Assembly: GCF_009914755.1 (NCBI RefSeq)
Contig: NC_060930.1
Reading direction: 5' to 3' (one strand)
Length of the DNA: 64,000 nucleotides
Source of the DNA: the human T2T-CHM13v2.0 reference genome, Homo sapiens
Positions 29,688-64,000 of the stretch are shown piece after piece. Numbering within the stretch: position 1 is the stretch's first letter; each line of letters opens with the position of its first letter. The notes beneath the pieces were generated by a model, which was not told the origin of the DNA, ran no database searches, and saw nothing but the letters and a program-made list of their open reading frames with translations. The position numbers were made by a program, and so were the translations under genes.

Positions 29688-30834
29688 TAAAATTGTAAAA
29701 AAATTTATTGTTGGTGAGATGCCCTATGGTTCTTTGGCTACATCCTTATATAATTGTGTTTTACCATTAGACTTCCATTTTCTTTCATTGTGCCATTGCC
29801 AGTTAACACAATTAGCTAGACATATGTGGTCTTATTACCATGGGAGAGAGAAACTGACTACAATCTTAAGCCAGCCTTGGTGTAAACTTTAAAGGCACAT
29901 CCAAGGAAGTTTCTAGAGCTGTTCTATTTGCTGAAAATATAATCCTGTGAAAACTGTAAAGATGAGACACAAACTGGAGCCAAAACCTCAAGACCCCTTT
30001 TAAATGTAGGCAGCATGTTTTGCTTCAGCTGAGAGAGAACTATAGGGCTCTGCTCACAAAGCAATAGGGGTGAGTAGTTTCTGGGACGGCTTTATTATCT
30101 GCCTCAGGAGTAGATAAACAACCTGCTCATGCATGCAAGAGTCACCACACCTCGAACTTTCTCAAGTTCTCGTGAATATACCATTTCTACTTTATGAGTG
30201 AACTGTGCTATGCAACTTCCTCTCTACTCAAATGTTTCTCTGATATCACCCAAGATGTGATAGGTATTTGTGGCCTCAAAATTAACTCATGTAAGTGAGT
30301 TTGTTGGGTCTGGTTTTGAACAACATACTGTAAAAAGCCAGCAATATTTTTATGTATTTATTTATATTTACTTGTATTGATTCATTCATTCATTGACAGA
30401 GTCTTACTCTGTCACCTAGACGGGAGTGCAGTGGCATAATCACAGCTCACTGTAGCCTCGACCGTCTGGACTCAAGCAATTCTCCTGCCTCAGTCTCCTG
30501 AGGAGCTGGAACTACAGGTGAGTGCAACCACACCTAGCTAATATTTTTTAAAATTATGTTTTGTAGAAACAAGTTCTTGCTATGTTGCCAAGGTTGGTCT
30601 TGAACTCTTGGCCGCAAGCGAGCCTTCTACCTTGGCCTTCCTGAAGTGCTAGGATTATGGGTGTGAGCCACCACCGCACCTACAACCTATAGCTGTACCA
30701 GGCAGCTTTCAAGTTAAAAACCTGAGTTTTCACCAAGTAACCCTATTTAATTTATGCCAAATGCTCCAGCCTGCATATATTATTGTTACAAATTCTTCTT
30801 CTTCTTCTATTTTTTTTTCTTTTTTTTGAGATAG

Positions 30835-30972
<138 letters not shown>

Positions 30973-31134
30973 TAATGTTTTTGTATTTTGTTGTAAAGAT
31001 GGGGTTTCTTCATGTTGGCCAGGCTGGTCTTGAACTCCTGAGCTCGAGCAATCCACCCACCTCAGCCTCCCAAAATGCTGGGATTATAGGCCTGAGCCAC
31101 TGGGCCGAGCTACAAACTCTAAGATCATCTGAGC

Positions 31135-33082
<1,948 letters not shown>

Positions 33083-33698
33083 TGAGCAGTTATTGAAATG
33101 CACCAATAACAATGCTAATGAGTGTTCATAGTAGTGTTTTTCAACATGGAAATAAACAGAAATGACCAAATGTCTATCTATAATAGAATGGATAAATTGC
33201 GGCAGATCCATACAATGAAATGTTATATACCATTGAAAATTAATAAACTACTCCCAACATGAGTGAGCTAAAAGACACTATAGGATTCCATTTATATAAA
33301 GTTCAGAAAGTAAGCAAGTTTGATGTGGGTGGTTGTTACATCACTATTACTTTGAAATTTTCTTGAGCGTCACACTTAATGATTTATATAATTTTTAGTA
33401 AGCAGATTAAACTTTGAGTTGTTTTTTGTTTTTAAAGAGGACTTTAGAGATCTAGACACCAAATATGATTAGTCTCAACAGATTGTGATTTATCTACACA
33501 TTAGAAACTATATGGTAGAGAGGCTAGAGAAGATGAAGTAAGTTGAGTCACATTTGGATGTTGATTAATACAATCAAGGCCAGGCACAGTGGCTCACGCT
33601 TGTAATCCCAGCACTTTGGGAGGTCTAGGCGGGTGAATCACTTGGGGTTAGGAGTTCGAGACCAGCCTGGCCAACGTGACTAAACCCTATCTCTACTA

Positions 33699-33914
<216 letters not shown>

Positions 33915-34384
33915 TTAAAAAAAAAAAGAAGAAGAAAAAGAAGAAGATGGAGTAAGTTCCAGAACATAAAAATAGCAGTGAATGAGAAGGGAGGTGGATA
34001 GGCCCAAGTTCACTCACAAGATTTGGAATTCAGGCTACTTGGATTTCAGGCTGAGTCTTTGAGGTATGCCTTCAGGCACCAGAGAGCTTCACTCTGGATA
34101 CCTAGAGTAGCCCGGAGGAAGAGCTGAAGGCCAAGACCATATGTTGGCAAATCTCAAAATTGAAAGCTAGTTGAAGAAAAGGTGTTTTAGGTGGGGAAGG
34201 AAAGGTTGAGAAAGTTAGTCCTCACTTTGCCAAAAACTGCAGTGTTCCAGTAAAGCAGGAACAGACACTACTTTGCATAGGACTAAAGGTAAGCATGGGC
34301 TGAGGAATTCAGGATGGCCAGTACACTCTTCTTGGTAGCCTGAATGTCCAGGGAAAGAGGTGGGCCGGCGTGGGGGGACAATTA

Positions 34385-34756
<372 letters not shown>

Positions 34757-34771
34757 TTATTTTTGAGATAG

Positions 34772-34933
<162 letters not shown>

Positions 34934-36227
34934 TGAGATGGAGTCTCGCTGTGTTGCCCAGGCTGGAGTGTAGTGGCGTGATCTCAGCTCACCACAACCT
35001 CCGCCTCCTGGGTTCAAGTGATTCTCCTGCCTCAGCCTCCTGAGTAGCTGGGATTACAGGCACGTGCCACCATGCCCAGCTAATTTTTGTATTTTCAGTA
35101 GAGATGGGGTTTCACTATCTTGGCCAGGCTGGTCTCGAACTCCTGACCTCGTGATCCACCTGCCTCAGCCTCCCAAAGTGCTGGGATTATAAGCATGAGC
35201 CACTGTGCCTGGCCACACCTGGCTAATTTTTAAATTTTTTGTAGAGAGCGGGTCTCACCATGTTGTCCAGACTGGTTTCAAACTCCTGGGCTCAAATGAT
35301 CCTCCTGCCCCAGCCTTCCAAAGTGTGAGGATTATAGGCATGAGTCACCACGCCCAGCCTACTATGTTTGTTTATTGTAGCTAGGACTACAGGCATGCAC
35401 CACCATGCCCTGCTAATTTTTACTTTTATTTTTATAGAGATGGGATCTCACTATGTTGCCCAGGCTAGGCTTGAACTCCTGGCCTCAAGCAATCCTCCTG
35501 GCTCAGCCTCCCAAAGTGTGGTGAGCCAATATGCTCAGTGGTTTTTAACTTTTTTTTTTTTTTTTTTTTTTGAGACAGAGTCTGACTCTGTCACCCAGGG
35601 TTGGGTGCAGTGGCACAATCTCAGCTCACCGCAGCCTCCACCTCCCAGGCTCAGCCTTCCAAGTAACTGGAACTACAGGCATGCGCCACCATGCACGTCT
35701 AATTTTTGTATTTTTTTTATAGAGATGGGGTTTCCCCCTGTTGGCCAGGTTGGTCTCAACTCCTGGCCTCAAGGGATCTGCCCACCTGGGCCTCCCGAAG
35801 TGCTGGGATTACATGTGTGAGCCACCACACCTGGCTGTAAATCTGAAGTAGAAGAAACCATCTATACAAGCAGTTCGCCTAAAAGATTTCTTAGGGCCAG
35901 TAACACTAAGGGAATTGTAGAAACTGATTCTAGTTTCTTGATCAAGTAGTTGGCAAAATCATCCAGGAGCCAGGAGACATAGCCTTATTTAGTGTGGGCT
36001 AACAACAGGGAAAATGACCAGGAAGGAAGAACAAACTAAAATCAATGCAGGGGCCGGGCACAGTGGCCAGCACTTTGTAATCCCAGCACTTTGGTAGGCC
36101 GAGGTGGGTGGATCACTTGAGGTCAGGAGTTTGAGACCAGCCTGGTCAATATGGTGAAACCCCATCTCTACTAAAAATACAAAATTAGCTGGGTGTGGTG
36201 GCACATGCCTGTAGTCTCAGCTGCTCA

Positions 36228-39930
<3,703 letters not shown>

Positions 39931-40044
39931 AGGCATGGTGGCTCACACCTGTAATCCCAGCACTTTGGGAGGCCGAGGTGGGTGGATAACTTGAGGTCAG
40001 GAGTTTGAGACCAGTGTGGCCAACATGGTGAAACCCAGTCTCTA

Positions 40045-40212
<168 letters not shown>

Positions 40213-40307
40213 TCAAAAACAAAATAAAATAATATAAAAATAAAATCAGTGCTGGATTAATGTGAGTATTCATGTTTATATAATTATTTATTCTATTGAT
40301 TGATTGA

Positions 40308-40484
<177 letters not shown>

Positions 40485-41499
40485 TGAGGGTAAAAACAGA
40501 CCCTTCTAAATCATGGCTCCAAAGGCTGCCACCATAAGGGAACGATGATAGTTCTGACAACATTAGAATTTTATTTTACTTATTCTGAGACAGGGTCTTG
40601 CTCTGTTGCCCATGCTGGAGTGCAGTAGCGCAATCTGGGCTGACCTGCAACTTCCGCCTCCTGTGTTCCAGCGATTCTCATGCCTCAGTGCCTCAGCCAT
40701 CCGATTACCTGGGACGACAGGCATGCGGCACCACACCAAGCTAATTTTTGTATTTTCAGTAGAGACAGATTTCGCCATGTTGGCCAGGCTGGTGCCAAAC
40801 TCCTGATCTCAGGTGATCTGTCCGCCTCGGCCTCCCAAAGTGCTGGGATTACAGGCGTGAGACACCGCACTGGGCCTGACAACAATGGAATTAAAATTTC
40901 TTTTCGTGAGAAAAAAAATCCTTATGCCTCCCCCTCCCCCAAAGTGAAATGAAAATACAAATTATAAACAGCGAAGAATGTATAACAAAAAATTATATGT
41001 CTAACAACATGGATAATGTTTATTATAAAATTTAAGGGGAAAAGTCAGAGTGCAAAATTGAATAGTAAAATCTCAAAAGTTTGCCTAGAAGAAAACTCAG
41101 AAGGACCAAATTTATCTCTGGGTAATACTTTTATTTTTATTTTTCCAAATGTATGCAGTGAACACGTTAATTCTAAGATCATCTTAAAGCCAAAGTTATT
41201 TATCCTAATGCCAGTAACCGTAGCTTTTTTCTTGAAAAAGGGATGGCAGCTGGAGGCTGGAATCCCCTTCCTCCTGGGAACTGCACCCATGGGTTCCTGA
41301 GAGGCAAAGTGGCAGAACAGAAAATGCTCAGCTTTGGCATCACCTCCACTTGGGTTCCCAAGTACTGGGCTCCTCTGACTTCGGTTTCTTCATCGTGAAA
41401 TGGGGATACCCACATCCATCTCACAGGAGTTTTCTAAGAATTAAATGAGTCTGGCAGGTTGTAAGTGCCCAGTATAAGATATTGCCACCTTCTCTAGTC

Positions 41500-42050
41500 C
41501 AGGTGGTAAGTGAAAACTTAAGGAGCGGATTTTCCAAAATCAGCGCCTGCTGCTCCGAGAGCCAAGGGTGCGGTGTTTGCTGCCTCCTTGTGGGAGAGTG
41601 TGGCTCCTTGCCTGGCGGAGTCGGAGGAATAAGTTCTCGGAGGGTAGAGGGACCGTTCCTTCTCCTAGCTCCGCCAAACCCACATTGGGGGTACTCGCTC
41701 AGGGATCCCGCAGCGGTGCAAATGCGAAGCCGCGACGCGAGCTGGAACCTGGGGCGGTGCCTCTGGCGCGTCGCTATCCAGGGGAGCTACGTCGAGACGG
41801 CAGGCCACTTAGCACCAATGCAGACCCGGGAGCTTTGAGGAAGCCAGAGGCTTCGGACAGAAGAAACCGCCTGGCAGGCGGAGGAGAAAGGCCAGGGCTT
41901 CCCTCCTGAGGTTGAGGCTTGCCGGAGGGAAATGGCACCGAGGACCTGGGGCGACTGATTCAGCTTCTACCCCAGGAGCAGAAGTCCCCGCCCTACTCCG
42001 GAACTGGCGGTCAACTCCCTCAGGTCACACCCGAGGCAAAAATGCAAGCT
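41500..42050. promoter_or_regulatory. Orphan CpG-rich island, promoter/enhancer-like
   Basis: Non-repeat CpG-rich stretch (GCCGCGACGCG, GGCGCGTCGC) with GC boxes at about 41751 and 41986. Confidence 0.55.
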
Positions 42051-42327
42051 TGTGGAAATTTTCTGCCTTCAGGTCAAAATTGGGCGTGAACTCCACCTTT
42101 TTATCTTTTTTTTTGGTGGGGAAAAGTAGGTGGTAGAACGAACTTGAAAGGCCCGCAGGCATATCCAATTTCTACTTGCTTAGTGAATGGTTTTCTAACC
42201 AAGTTGGGATTTAGGATAATAGATTCCACCGCTTTTTATCGCAAAAGGCTTAGGCTTAGGCTGTCACAGGTCTAAAAAAGCAACTCATTTTGCTCTATGT
42301 TGTGAAAAAATTTAAAATAACAGAACT

Positions 42328-42556
42328 CATAGGTGGGAATTGAACAATGAGAACACATGGACACAGGAAGGGGAACATCACACACCGGGGACTGTTGTGG
42401 GGTGGGGGGAGGGGGGAAGGGATAGCATTAGGAGATATACCTAATGTTAAATGACGAGTTAATGGGTGCAGCACACCAACATGGCACATGTATACATATG
42501 TAACAAACCTGCACGTTGTGCACATGTACCATAAAACTTAAAGTATAATAATAAAT
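42328..42556 (+). mobile_element. 5'-truncated young L1PA 3' end with TSDs
   Basis: CATAGGTGGGAATTGAACAATGAGAAC...TAAAACTTAAAGTATAATAA; TSD AAAATA(A)CAGAACT at 42314-42327 and 42557-42569. Confidence 0.92.
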
Positions 42557-43032
42557 AAAATACAGAACTAAAAATATTCGTGTTACCTGGAATTACCGTT
42601 TTAGATATCTTTCCTCACCACGTGAGAACACAGTATCAAAATGTTAAATCCGCCGGGCGCAGATCACTTGAGGCCAGGAGTTAGAGACCAGCCTGGTTGG
42701 CATAGTGAAACCCGGTCTCTACTGAAACTACAAAAATTAGCCAGGTGTGTGGCGCACCTGTGGTCCCAGCAGCTCAGGAAGCTGAGGGAGGAGAATCACT
42801 TGAATCCGGGAGGCAGAGGTTGTGCTGAGCCCAGATCCCGCCACTGCACTCCAGCCTGGCCCACAGGGAAAGAAAAAAAGAAATAAGAAAAAAAAGTTAT
42901 TTACTAATCCACTGCCCAAACTCAAGGACATAGCTGATCCAATTAAAAACAAAACAAAAATGAAAAGCTTGACAGACACAAAATTCCCTTTTTAGACTTT
43001 ATCTTTTAGAACAATTTTAGGTTCACAGCAAG

Positions 43033-43230
43033 TATTGTCGTCTCTTGGGATTTTGGGGGTATTGGTCCCAGGCCCTCCAAAGATACTTAATACCAGGGTT
43101 GCTCAAATTCTTTACGTAAAATGGCATAGTATTTGCATATAACCTATGCAGAGCTTCCCTTATACTTTAAATCATCTCTGGATTACCTGTAATACCTAAT
43201 ACTAGGTAAATAGTTATTCTACTTTATTAT
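43033..43230. mobile_element. MER2-like (TcMar-Tigger) fragment
   Basis: AAAATGGCATAGTATTTGCATATAACCTA...ACTTTAAATCATCTCT.GATTAC. Confidence 0.7.
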
Positions 43231-43257
43231 TTTGCTTTTTTTGTTTTATTTTTATGA

Positions 43258-43542
<285 letters not shown>

Positions 43543-43741
43543 TAATCTGCCTGCCTTGGCCTCCCAAAGTGCTGGGATTACAGGCGTGAGCCACTGTGCC
43601 TTAAAGTATAATAATAATAATAAAAATAAATAAATAAATAAAATACAGAACTAAAAATATTCGTGTTACCTGGAATTACCATCTTAGATATCTTTCCTCA
43701 CCACGTGAGAACACAGTATCAAAATGTTAAATCCGCCGGGC

Positions 43742-44515
43742 TTATTTTTGGCTGGACTCAGAAGCTCTCAGAGAGGACAGTCTGTGTCTCTTGGCAATTT
43801 GTTCCTGGTGTTTTTCTTTGGCTTCCTTTATTCTCTTGTCCAAAAGTTTAGTATATTCTGTGGCCTCTTCCTTATTTTTTTTAGTAGGTTGTTTCTTCAG
43901 AGCAATAAGCCAGGTGTTTGTGTTGCGGGACATGAGGAGTAACAACACACTGAGTCTTGGGTGCTTTGGCCCTGTGTGTCTTATCTTTGTTATAACAAAG
44001 AGCTTTCTTATAACATATTGGTGGACATCATCTTTTTAGAGAAATTGAAGTTTTTGGATTCTGCTAGCTCTTTTGGGTCCCGGGGGATGAGGCAGTATAT
44101 TATCAGGCAGTTCAGGATTAGCCTTCTCTCTCTAACAATAACTGAGTTGAGAATACTCAGATTGGCATCCACAATACAACCTTGAACAGATTTGTGCATT
44201 CTTTCTTCAGTTCTCCTTGGAGGAGAGGAATACCCCTTACTCAGTAGCAGGCAGACACAGTCTTGGGTCAAAATACCCTGCTTCATGAGGAAGCCTCGTC
44301 TGTTGTCCCCACCACTGATTCCGACCACATAACCCTTCTATTCTTCACCTAGAGCATCAGCATCAACATCTGTGACTATAGCTTCTCAGAAAAAGTATGA
44401 CATTTGCAATCCTCATCCACTTCAAAGAGATTCTGGCAGCCAGAGGCTGGGAAGGAGACATTCAGCTTCATGTTGAAGCAGCTGATTGTCTCTGAGGCAC
44501 CATGAAAAGGAGAGG
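43742..44515 (-). pseudogene. RPS6 processed pseudogene (disrupted)
   Basis: ATG at 44471 ([13 protein letters not shown]). Internal [18 protein letters not shown]...[16 protein letters not shown]; C-terminus [28 protein letters not shown]. Frameshifts, stops and deletions; TOP-like 5' end. Confidence 0.93.
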
Positions 44516-44735
44516 TTTTTATAAGTGTTGTTTATCAAGAGAAACTATTTCTTAGCCCACATATTCCCATTTCTTAGTTCACGAACACAGGTCAGTGACA
44601 AGCACCTGAGGTTTCTTCAAAGCACTGGAAGCCATTGTTTATGAGTCATGGTTATTGTCTTTGATGGGTATGTCCTTCCTGGCTGTTGAAAGTTCCTAGT
44701 TTACGTGAAGGTTCACTCTCAGTGTTAGAATAATT

Positions 44736-44920
44736 TTGGCCTCATAGAATGAGTTAGGAAGTATCCCTCTGCTTCTACTTTCTGGAAGAGATTCTATGAG
44801 GCCAGCATTACCCTAATACTAAAACCAGTCAAAGACATTACAAGAAAAGTACAGACCAGTATTTCTGACTAACATAGATGCAAAAATCCTTAATAAAATC
44901 TCAGCACGTTGAATCCAACA
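44736..44920. mobile_element. L1 ORF2 fragment with a 5' inversion
   Basis: Antisense L1 at 44736-44790 joined to sense L1 starting at 44791. Confidence 0.75.
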
Positions 44921-45277
44921 AAATTCCTTTCTAAAGATTGTTAATACTACCCATTTCAGATTAAAGATTAGAGAATGGAGATTAAATGCCTATCATTTAT
45001 TTAATGTTTTTTTATCTTTTTTTTGAGATGGAATTTCACTCTTGTTGCCCAGGCTGGAGTGCAATGGCGCAATCTTGGCTCACTGCCAACTTCTGCCTCC
45101 CAGGTTCAAGCAATTCTCTCACCTCAGCTTCTCAAGTAGCTGGGATTACAGACATTCGCCACCATGCCTGGCTAATTTTTTGTATTTAGTAGAGATGGGG
45201 TTTCACCACGTTGGTCAGGCTGGTCTTGAACTCCTGACCTCAGATGATCTACCCACCTCAACCTCCCAAGGTGCTGA

Positions 45278-45613
<336 letters not shown>

Positions 45614-46615
45614 TGAGCCACCACATCCAGCCAATATTTTTTGCATTTTTATTAGAGATGGGGTTTCACCATGTTGACCAGGCTGGTCACGAGCTCCAGA
45701 CCTCAAGTGATCTGCCTGCCTCACATTCCCAAGGTGCTGGGATTACAGCCATGAGCCACACCATGCCTGGCCTGGTGTCCACTGTGTTTGATGGATGATT
45801 GAACTGAAAAAAAAAAAATTTTTTTTTTTTGAGACAGGGTCTCTGCTCTGTTGCCCAGACTGGAGTGCAGTGACACCATTTCGGCACTTCGGCTCACTGT
45901 AGCCTCAACCTCCCTGGCTCAGTGATCCTCCCACCTCAGCCTCCTGAGTAGCTGGGACTACAGCCTGTACCACCACACCCGGCAGGGTCTCACTATGTTA
46001 CCCAGACTGATGTTGAACCTTGGGGCTCAAGAGATCCTCCGCCTAGGCCTCCTAAAGTGTTGAGATTACAGGTATGAGTTATCCCTGCTGGCCTAAACTG
46101 AAATTTGTTCAGATAATTCAAAGATCCTAATCAAAGGAGTGCACTTGCAGCTGGCTTGAAGCCCTGGAGTAGTAGTATGTCCAGCCACAGAGCCAGGCTG
46201 CAGTGACGGTAATGCTTCAGGAATCTATTCAATTTATTTCCTTAGCTCTAAAATTATGGCAGGCCAGGCACTGTGGCTCATACCTGTAATCCCTCAACTG
46301 TGTGAGGCCAAGGCAGGAGGAGTTGGATACCAGCCCGGGCAACATAGGGAGGTCTTGTCTTTACAAAATAATTAGCCTGGCATGGTGGTGCACACCTGTA
46401 GTCCCAACTATTCGGGAGGCTGTGGTGGGAGTATCACTTGAGTCCAACAGGTCGAATCTGCAGTGAGTGATCGCACCACTGCACTCCAGCCTAGGCGACA
46501 GAGGTCAAAAACAAAACAAAAGAAAACAAACAAAAAAAACATAGCAAACATCCAGAAGACTGTGTAGAGCAATGAATGTCTCTCAAGCCAGTGATCTTTT
46601 TCTCTTCATTTTTCA

Positions 46616-46717
46616 CATCAGGTGGGTAGTGTGCCCACTTCGTAACAAGGTTTGAGGGAGGCACATTTGACACAAGAGCATGAAAACCCAATCACACTTA
46701 TGACTTACAAAAGGATC
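46616..46717 (-). pseudogene. U13 (SNORD13) snoRNA retrocopy with TSDs
   Basis: The minus strand reads GATCCTTTTGTAAGTCATAAGTGTGATTGGG...AACCTTGTTACGAAGTGGGCACACTACCCACCTGA followed by an A-rich tail. TSD CAAG(C/T)CAGTGATCTTT at 46584-46599 and 46717-46732. Confidence 0.88.
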
Positions 46718-47609
46718 AAGTCAGTGATCTTTAAGCTGTGGGCCATTAAATACATTTTGTGAGCCGAGTGCAGTGGCTCAGGCCTGTAACCCCAGCACTA
46801 TGGGAGGTGGAGGTGGGAGGATCACTTGAGTCCAGGAGTTCAAGACCAGCCTTGGGCAACATACTGGGAACTCCCATCTCTATTAAATTTTTTTTTTTTA
46901 ATTTTGTGGATTACAACCATTTCAAAAACTAAAATAAGCGTAAATGTATCAAAATGCAGCTTACATAGCGAGGATAAATGCTGTTTTGTCAATCTGTTGT
47001 TTCAAGTTTTTTATGTGTGGATTGGGTCACCTTGTAACAGTGACTTACCTTTATGGGTCACGGTTGAAAACATTTCCGGTGCAGTGGCTGACTGTAATCC
47101 CAGCACTTTGGGAGGCCGAGGCTGGAAGATCACTTGAAGCCAGAAGCCAAGAGTTCAAGACCTGCCTGGGCAACACGGCGACACCCCGTCTCTATTTAAA
47201 AAGAAAAAAAAAAGTTTCCAAGGCACTGAGATGCCAGGAACCCGAGGTGTGTGTCCAGTAGGGGAGGGAGCAAATTGGTCGTTTGGAAAAAGTCCCACGC
47301 CTGGAAAGGAATACACAGTGGGGGGGTGGGGGGCGGGGCACATCGACTACTTCAAGGCACACTCCCACGGTTCAGAAAACCGATTGGCTAAAACTGGGAA
47401 AGTCCCGCCCACAACGCTCACTGGCCAATGGCTGCGTGAAATCAGTGCGAAGTGGGCGGGATAGAGAGCGTGGGCGGGGGGGGCTAGCCTCGTGCGGGCT
47501 CCTTAAGTAGCGGCTGCGTGGCTTCCCTGGCACGCTACTCTTACGACGTCACGGTCAGGTGGTGCAGAGCTGGACGGCAACGACGTCGGACGCGCCCCTT
47601 CTTGGAACA

Positions 47610-62063
<14,454 letters not shown>

Positions 62064-62317
62064 TAATTACTGTGTGCAGAATAGAAATCAGTGGAATAGA
62101 ATCTCATTCTGTTTGGATTTTCCCACAATATTTGAGCATTACTTGGAAGTGTTGAAATCTTTAGGTGAAAGATCTCATAACATTGGAAGTAGAACAGTGT
62201 AACAATAAGTGCTTATTCATGACTATTGGGTTTCCTAAGTTACAGATAGGGATTTCAACACAAACATTTACTTATCATAGTAAGGTCTCACTTTTGAATA
62301 AAGGGTTCACTTGTCTA

Positions 62318-62767
<450 letters not shown>

Positions 62768-62891
62768 TTATATACTTTGTCTTTATTAGTATAAATAATA
62801 TAAAATTTAAAAAATACAAAATCCCCTCACATAGTTTTATTACAAATAACCTTCCTATTTCAAGAAAAGTGAATGTATTTATTTATTTTGA

Positions 62892-62993
<102 letters not shown>

Positions 62994-63670
62994 TGAGTAG
63001 CTGGGACTACAGGCACACGTCACCATGCCCAGCTAATTATTGTATTTTTACCGATGGGGTTTCGCCATGTTGGCCAGGCTGGTCTCAAACTCCTGACCTC
63101 AGGTGATTCATCTGTCTAGGCCTCCCAAAGTGCTGGGATTACAAGCTTGAGCCACGATGCCCAGCCCAAGAAAAGAGAACTTAGATTTTATTGAATTACT
63201 GTGAAGGTATACAAAGTGGTCACTTTCATTATTTTATATATAGTTGAGGAAACATTTAAATGCAGATATTCTTTGATCAGTATATTTTGAAGGTTTGTTT
63301 TGTTTTGCGTTTTGAGACAGGGTCTCACTCTGTCACCCAGGATGGAATGCAGTGGCACCATTTTGCCTCACTGCAGTCTCAGCCTTCCCAGCTCAAGCGA
63401 TTCTCCCACCTCAGCCTTCTGAGTAACTGGAACTACAGGTGCATGCCACCACACCCAGCTCATTTTTGTATTTTTTGTAGAGACAGGGTTATCACCATGT
63501 TGCCCATGCTAGTCTTGAACTCCTGAGCTCAAGTGATCCACCCACCTAAGCCTCCCAAAGTGCTGGGATTACAGGCATGAGCCAACAACCTTTTAAAAGA
63601 TTTTTATGGCCAGGCGCCGTGGCTCACGCCTGTAATCCCAGCACTTTGGGAGGCCGAGACGAGCGAATCA

Positions 63671-63989
<319 letters not shown>

Positions 63990-64000
63990 TTAACCTAATA

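Noticed and set aside
30029-30069. 41-nt plus-strand segment bounded by ttttgcttcag| and |gtgagt
   Set aside because: An isolated splice-like pair with no partner exons or homology; expected by chance.
43131-43138. Octamer ATTTGCAT
   Set aside because: Part of the MER2-like consensus, with no evidence of a locus-specific role.
47559-47609. 17-aa in-frame GTG-initiated extension of DDX43
   Set aside because: An open frame is expected in a GC-rich 5'UTR; the ATG at 47610 has good context (A at -3) and matches the known N-terminus.

Overview
Human (primate) genomic DNA recognisable as the chromosome 6q13 KH-domain germline/early-embryo cluster. It holds three complete three-exon genes: DPPA5 (-, 116 aa), KHDC3L/ECAT1 (+, 217 aa) and OOEP (-, 149 aa). 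It also holds coding exons 1-10 of the KH/DEAD-box helicase DDX43/HAGE (+), which runs off the right edge. Other features are a full-length RPL39 retrocopy with an intact ORF, a decayed RPS6 retropseudogene, a U13 (SNORD13) retrocopy, several CpG-rich promoters, and very dense Alu plus L1/L2/MIR/MER repeats. Most listed ORFs are Alu-derived noise. Two observations stand out. (1) All three small KH genes and DDX43 have a phase-1 intron inside the first Gly of the KH GxxG loop, and KHDC3L exon 2 aligns with DDX43 exons 2+3. This suggests the eutherian DPPA5/KHDC3L/OOEP family arose from the neighbouring DDX43 5' exons. (2) A probable decayed fourth, OOEP-like paralog lies on the minus strand at about 17.06-17.46 kb, with a possible exon 1/promoter at about 20.5-20.8 kb; its exon-3-like piece could serve as an in-frame alternative OOEP last exon. 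All coordinates and alignments were made by eye.
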